Shown here in pieces: positions 59,745 through 64,000 of a DNA stretch of 64,000 nucleotides. The stretch is from positions 1-64,000 of IMG/VR virus record IMGVR_UViG_3300025358_000002; one strand, 5' to 3'. Under the pieces are notes generated by a model, which saw only the letters and a program-made list of their open reading frames with translations, was not told where the DNA came from and ran no database searches. The translations under genes were made by a program, and so were the position numbers. Numbering within the stretch: position 1 is the stretch's first letter; every line of letters begins with the position of its first letter. Origin of the DNA: a virus. Lineage: Duplodnaviria > Caudoviricetes.

Positions 59745-59769
59745 TCTTTTTCTTGATCGGTGATATGAT
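59741..59769 (+). promoter_or_regulatory. sigma-A promoter driving a leaderless mRNA
   Basis: TTGATC-17 nt-TATGAT with extended TG; ATG 59776 is 7 nt downstream. Confidence 0.6.
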
Positions 59770-59775
59770 TTGTTC

Positions 59776-61629
59776 ATGTCTTCAGATAAAGTTATATACA
59801 TCCAGAGAAGTGAAATTCTCAATGGAGTACTAAGATACAGCAGTCTGGACGAAGAAGTCAAGAAATTATTTTCATTGGATTCCTACGGTACTCTCCGGGA
59901 TCGTGACAAGATCAGCTTTTTTGATGACTTGATCAGGTATAACGGTTACGAATTGCAGTTTGAAGATCAAGATGCTGAGGACAGGTACTACTCCCTCTTG
60001 GCATGTAGTAGGAACCCGTACGAGGTGAACAGTCCTTTCTTGGATGATCACCAGCTCTTCCCATTTCAACACATCGGGTTGAACTACGTCTGGGAACAAC
60101 TGCATTCTAGCAAACCAAGGGTGCTGGTCCAGTGGGACACTGGTGCTGGTAAGACTCTTCTCAGTTGCTTGACCAGCCAGAAATTGTTCGATGCTGGCGA
60201 TGTGGACCTTGTTCTGGTCTTCTGCAAAAAGATCAAGCAGTACGACTGGGAGCAAGAGTACCGTCGTATGACCCATCTTACTGTTGCACGTGTTGGCGAG
60301 AAGATGACCCGTGCCAAGCGTCATGCATTTTATGAGCAAGATAAGTCGCAGGTGCTAGTTCTTAATTACGAGAAAGTGCGTGACGGATCTCTCAAGAAGG
60401 TCAAGGGAGAACGTCGACGCGTTAAATCGTATGACCGCACTGACCTTCAGCAGATACTCGAGATGGCGTCCGACAAGCGTGTGCTGGTTGTCATTGATGA
60501 ATCACAGAAGATTAACACTGGCACTAGTTTATTGAGTGATGGGTTTACTCGCTTGATCAACGAAGTGGCAGACACTATGGTGCTGGCGCTTACAGCTACT
60601 CCCTACACCACCAGCCCACTGAACATCCGCAACATTATGTCAGTGGTTGCTCCTGGTATACCGGATGTAAGCGACATGAGTCGCGACAAATTTAAGTCCA
60701 TGTACGGCAAAGAGTTTGGTCTCTTTAACAATGGGTTTGTCCAGGAAGTGTACGTCAAGGAATGGGACCGTGCCAAGCTCCCTATCTTGGGTAAGAAGCA
60801 CGAGGACTGGACGCACATCGCAATGAAGAGTGACCCTACTATTGCAGCCCAGTTTCCTGAGAGTATGCCCAAGCGTCTGGTGTACGAGCTGTCAGATCTT
60901 GACCGTGAGATCTACGACTGGGCGGAAGAGCGTGCTCGAGAAAAGTACAACCCTGACAATCAGGTAGCCAACTGGTCATACATTGACACCCTGCGCATGA
61001 TCTGCAACACCACCGAGGGACTGAAGAACAGTGACAGCAAGTTCGCCAAGGAAATCGTGGCAGAATTTGGCAGCGACATCAGCATCCAGAACAGCTCCAA
61101 GTATCAACTGATCGAGGGCAACCTTGAATCCTACATTGAAAATGGCGACAAGTCTGTGCTGTTTACGTTCTGGACAAACGGAACGCTGTTCCCTTATCTC
61201 GAAGCCCTAAGGGCTAAGTTCTCTGGCGTACCCATCCTCCCTATCTGGGGCGTGGGCATGAGCAGCGACGAAGTAACCAAGAATATCAAAACATTCAACG
61301 ACACCAAAGGACCGGCCATCCTGATCACCAGTGATGTCGGTCAGGAAGGGCTGAATCTGTATGCGCCATACCTCTGGAATATTGAGATTCCAAGAACTTA
61401 TGCGGAATATAAACAAAGAGCTAACCGAATTAACCGAGCTGACTCGAAATCAAAGGGAATTAATCACACTTGGATCTACCGCCCAGTTGCGAGCAATACA
61501 ATCGAAGAGCGCGTTGATAGTAAAGTTCTGCGAAGAAGAGCTGAAGCGGAATCTATCCGTGGAGTAGTCGACGAGCTAGGCGACATGGAAGACACTATTG
61601 ATCTAACCCCTAAGGGTTTTCTTTTCTAG
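59776..61629 (+). CDS. SNF2-family (SF2) helicase/ATPase
   Basis: DTGAGKT, IDESQKI, LTATP, SDVGQEGLNL, QRANRINR, TIEE. Confidence 0.88.
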   Translation: MSSDKVIYIQRSEILNGVLRYSSLDEEVKKLFSLDSYGTLRDRDKISFFDDLIRYNGYELQFEDQDAEDRYYSLLACSRNPYEVNSPFLDDHQLFPFQHIGLNYVWEQLHSSKPRVLVQWDTGAGKTLLSCLTSQKLFDAGDVDLVLVFCKKIKQYDWEQEYRRMTHLTVARVGEKMTRAKRHAFYEQDKSQVLVLNYEKVRDGSLKKVKGERRRVKSYDRTDLQQILEMASDKRVLVVIDESQKINTGTSLLSDGFTRLINEVADTMVLALTATPYTTSPLNIRNIMSVVAPGIPDVSDMSRDKFKSMYGKEFGLFNNGFVQEVYVKEWDRAKLPILGKKHEDWTHIAMKSDPTIAAQFPESMPKRLVYELSDLDREIYDWAEERAREKYNPDNQVANWSYIDTLRMICNTTEGLKNSDSKFAKEIVAEFGSDISIQNSSKYQLIEGNLESYIENGDKSVLFTFWTNGTLFPYLEALRAKFSGVPILPIWGVGMSSDEVTKNIKTFNDTKGPAILITSDVGQEGLNLYAPYLWNIEIPRTYAEYKQRANRINRADSKSKGINHTWIYRPVASNTIEERVDSKVLRRRAEAESIRGVVDELGDMEDTIDLTPKGFLF

Positions 61630-61678
61630 AAAGGATGTAAAGGTGGGGAGAACTTGGTCCCAGATAGTGAGGCGGCTG

Positions 61679-61773
61679 AATGTTTATCGTCGTCTCCAGA
61701 AGGGCCCGGTCTTCCTCGGGGGTCGCAGTCGGTGTCATACTTTGACTCCCCCCGAGGCCCTTCTGTAAACATT
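61679..61773 (+). promoter_or_regulatory. long structured leader upstream of whiB
   Basis: AATGTTTA/TAAACATT, CAGAAGGGC/GCCCTTCTG, CTCGGGGG/CCCCCGAG, AGTC/GACT pairings. Confidence 0.55.
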
Positions 61774-62133
61774 ATGCAATTAACAATTGATTACAGCTGG
61801 CAAAACAATGCCACGTGCAGCACCATGGACCTCAATGATTTTTTCTTAGGTCACGGTAAAAAATATTCAAAAGCAGTATCTGATGCGTGCACCTCTTGTC
61901 CGGTAAACAAAGAATGCTTAGACCATGCATTGAAGTATGAAGAGTATGGTTTTTGGGCTAACACCACGCCGCAAAGACGAGTAAAGATGCGCAAGGAACT
62001 TGGCATCAAGGTAGAAAGCATCACGTACGAATCTCAAAAAGCTGCTGACAAAGATGCTGCCAAGATAGAAGAGACGCGTGTTAAGATTAGAGGGCGCGGC
62101 AGAAAGCCACGCAATCTTCAGGAGCAGCTATGA
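61774..62133 (+). CDS. whiB: WhiB-family Fe-S transcription factor
   Basis: W...A.C..DFF..ACTSCPV..ECL.HAL..GFWA; C-terminal AT-hook-like RGRGRKPR. Confidence 0.85.
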   Translation: MQLTIDYSWQNNATCSTMDLNDFFLGHGKKYSKAVSDACTSCPVNKECLDHALKYEEYGFWANTTPQRRVKMRKELGIKVESITYESQKAADKDAAKIEETRVKIRGRGRKPRNLQEQL

Positions 62134-62831
62134 GATCAGTTAGAGTCGGTTTGGTAATCCCCGTATTGAATAACTTCGATCAAGCAATCGATGCCATCTA
62201 CTCAGCTAAGAGTGAAAACGATCTTAGGATCTACATCCAACCACAGTATCGTTATCAGGTGCCATTGGCAGCAGCATGGAATCGTGGCATCAAACAAGCT
62301 TACAATGATGGCTGTGTTGTTACTATTGTTAGTAACGACGACGTTCTGTTCGCCCCAAACACCATCGATGAACTGGCCGATGCGGCTAGAGACATGAACG
62401 ACGATGAGATCATGGTGCACCCCAACGACATCCTGGAAATACTGGATGACCCGTCAGAAATTTTATTCTTAGACGAATGGGGCGACGAACCACTTAGTCA
62501 CGAAGATCAAACATTCTCGTGCTTTGCTATCAGATCAGACTTTACTTCTGAGATGGGTACGTTCGATGAGAACTTTGACCCAGCCTGGTGGGAAGACACT
62601 GACATGAAGTACCGTATCAATCTCATGGGTTACAAACGTGTGCGTACACACATTCCATATGTGCACCTGCGCCACCAGTCAACACAGAAGCTGAACCTTC
62701 CACTCAACTCATTGAAGAGTGGCGAATACTATGCTAAGAAGTGGGGTAGCAACGGTAGAGGCTTGACAGAAACGTTTACCAACCCGTATAATGATCCTAG
62801 CTTAAGTCCTACAGAGTGGAGAAAACTGTGA
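62130..62831 (+). CDS. glycosyltransferase family 2 (GT-A)
   Basis: LVIPV, AAAWNRGI, SNDDV, FDENFDPAWWEDTD, HL. Confidence 0.85.
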   Translation: MRSVRVGLVIPVLNNFDQAIDAIYSAKSENDLRIYIQPQYRYQVPLAAAWNRGIKQAYNDGCVVTIVSNDDVLFAPNTIDELADAARDMNDDEIMVHPNDILEILDDPSEILFLDEWGDEPLSHEDQTFSCFAIRSDFTSEMGTFDENFDPAWWEDTDMKYRINLMGYKRVRTHIPYVHLRHQSTQKLNLPLNSLKSGEYYAKKWGSNGRGLTETFTNPYNDPSLSPTEWRKL

Positions 62832-64000
62832 GCAAGACGCGCGTATTGGCATGGGGCGACTACGCCTGCAGTACTGGATTCGGCACCGTGATGAAGAACA
62901 TCATGAGTGAGTTAAACAATACTGGCAAGTATGAGATTGACGTTGTGGGTGTCAACTATGACGGTGGCCCATACGACACTGAGAAGTGGCCAGGCACACT
63001 GTGGCCAGCCATCAGCGCACTGCGCACACAGGGTCCATACGGTGACGTGTTCGGTCGACAGGTATTCCTAGACCTGCTGGGAACACGTGAGTACGATGTT
63101 GTGTTTATCGTGCAAGACACGTTCATCGTTCTGCCAATCGTAGCTCAGATCCTCGAGCTGCAGCGCACTAAAACTAAGACGTTCTCCACTGTTTACTACT
63201 ACCCGTTCGACTGCGCACCACGAGAAGAGTGGGTCACTCAGTGTGTTGCTAGCTTTGACTTCCCTGTTGCTTATACGGAATACGCAAAGAACGAAAGCCG
63301 AAAGTTCATTGGTGGTTTGGCAGACAAGCAGCACGTTATCTACCACGGTACCAACACCAAGGACTTCTACCCATTGTCACCAACCGACAAAGAATCTGCA
63401 CGCCAGTCAATCTTCCCAGCTCAGCTGCAAGACAAGTTTATTATCACCAATGTCAACCGTAACCAGGGGCGCAAGGATGTGTCTCGTAGCTTGATGATTC
63501 TCAAGCAGCTGAAAGACATGGGTGTTAAGGAAGCATTCCTTTACATGCACATGCAGGAGACGGACTTCGGTGGCAGCCTTATGCAAATGGCACAAGCTAT
63601 TGGTGTTAAGCCAAGCGAAGACTTCACCGTACCAGACCCACGTCAGTTCGGTGCGCACAGTGGATTTCCCATTGAGTTTCTCAACGGTATCTACAACGCT
63701 AGTGACTGCTACTTGACCACCACACACGGTGAGGGTTGGGGACTTAGTATCACTGAATCTATGGCCACCAAGCTTCCTGTTGTTGCTCCTGACAACACCT
63801 CAGCACCTGAGATCCTGGGTAATGACCGTGGCTGGAGAATTAGCAGTGGCCGTACACCTTCGCACTGGATTATCAAGGACAACGACAACGAGCGTATGCG
63901 TCCGCTGATGGATGTTGAAGAGGCCGCCAACACCATCAAGTACATCATGGACAACCCTGACGAAGCTGCTCGGCGTGCTGAGAATGCTTACGCATGGATC
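62828..64000 (+). CDS. glycosyltransferase family 4 (GT-B), 3'-truncated, not in ORF track
   Basis: GTGA overlap; MSKTRVLAWGDYACSTGFGTV..., IYHG, NVNRNQGRKD, YNASD...GEGWGLSITESMA..PVVA. Confidence 0.88.
   Translation, partial: MSKTRVLAWGDYACSTGFGTVMKNIMSELNNTGKYEIDVVGVNYDGGPYDTEKWPGTLWPAISALRTQGPYGDVFGRQVFLDLLGTREYDVVFIVQDTFIVLPIVAQILELQRTKTKTFSTVYYYPFDCAPREEWVTQCVASFDFPVAYTEYAKNESRKFIGGLADKQHVIYHGTNTKDFYPLSPTDKESARQSIFPAQLQDKFIITNVNRNQGRKDVSRSLMILKQLKDMGVKEAFLYMHMQETDFGGSLMQMAQAIGVKPSEDFTVPDPRQFGAHSGFPIEFLNGIYNASDCYLTTTHGEGWGLSITESMATKLPVVAPDNTSAPEILGNDRGWRISSGRTPSHWIIKDNDNERMRPLMDVEEAANTIKYIMDNPDEAARRAENAYAWI

Noticed and set aside
61654-61773. N-terminal extension of WhiB from TTG 61654
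   Set aside because: Extension is not WhiB-like and coincides with the RNA hairpin; ATG 61774 preferred, though not proven
1-64000. Alternative genetic code or stop-codon readthrough
   Set aside because: Code 11 gives dense, full-length coupled ORFs; no suppressor tRNA

Overview
This window is 64 kb of a large contractile-tailed (myovirus-type) actinobacteriophage, with all credible genes on the + strand. The major capsid protein and portal closely resemble, from recall rather than a search, those of the Bxz1/Myrna-like (cluster C) mycobacteriophages. A WhiB gene points to an actinobacterial host, but GC looks only mid-40s %, far below Mycobacterium phages. Gene order: (1) accessory and putative internal-head genes (Dps, metallophosphoesterase, permuted papain-like enzyme, holin-like protein, 3 tRNAs plus a tRNA remnant, low-complexity paralogs, large Cys-rich orphans); (2) portal, prohead protease, scaffold, decoration protein and MCP; (3) fibres/adhesin, NlpC/P60 hydrolase and neck genes interrupted by a free-standing endonuclease; (4) sheath, tube, -1 frameshifted chaperones, tape measure and baseplate; (5) SNF2 helicase, WhiB and two glycosyltransferases. 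No terminase, integrase or CRISPR is in the window. The best candidates for undescribed biology are two short protein motifs that appear to sort the virion proteome. A Ser-Gly motif saturates surface-exposed structural proteins and is a candidate O-glycosylation sequon for the phage GT2/GT4 enzymes. A [KR]-x-A leader/cleavage motif is shared by MCP, scaffold, portal and about 12 orphans and is a candidate capsid-targeting and maturation signal. A homing-type endonuclease inserted with a synonymously recoded duplicate of its target gene's 3' end is directly visible.
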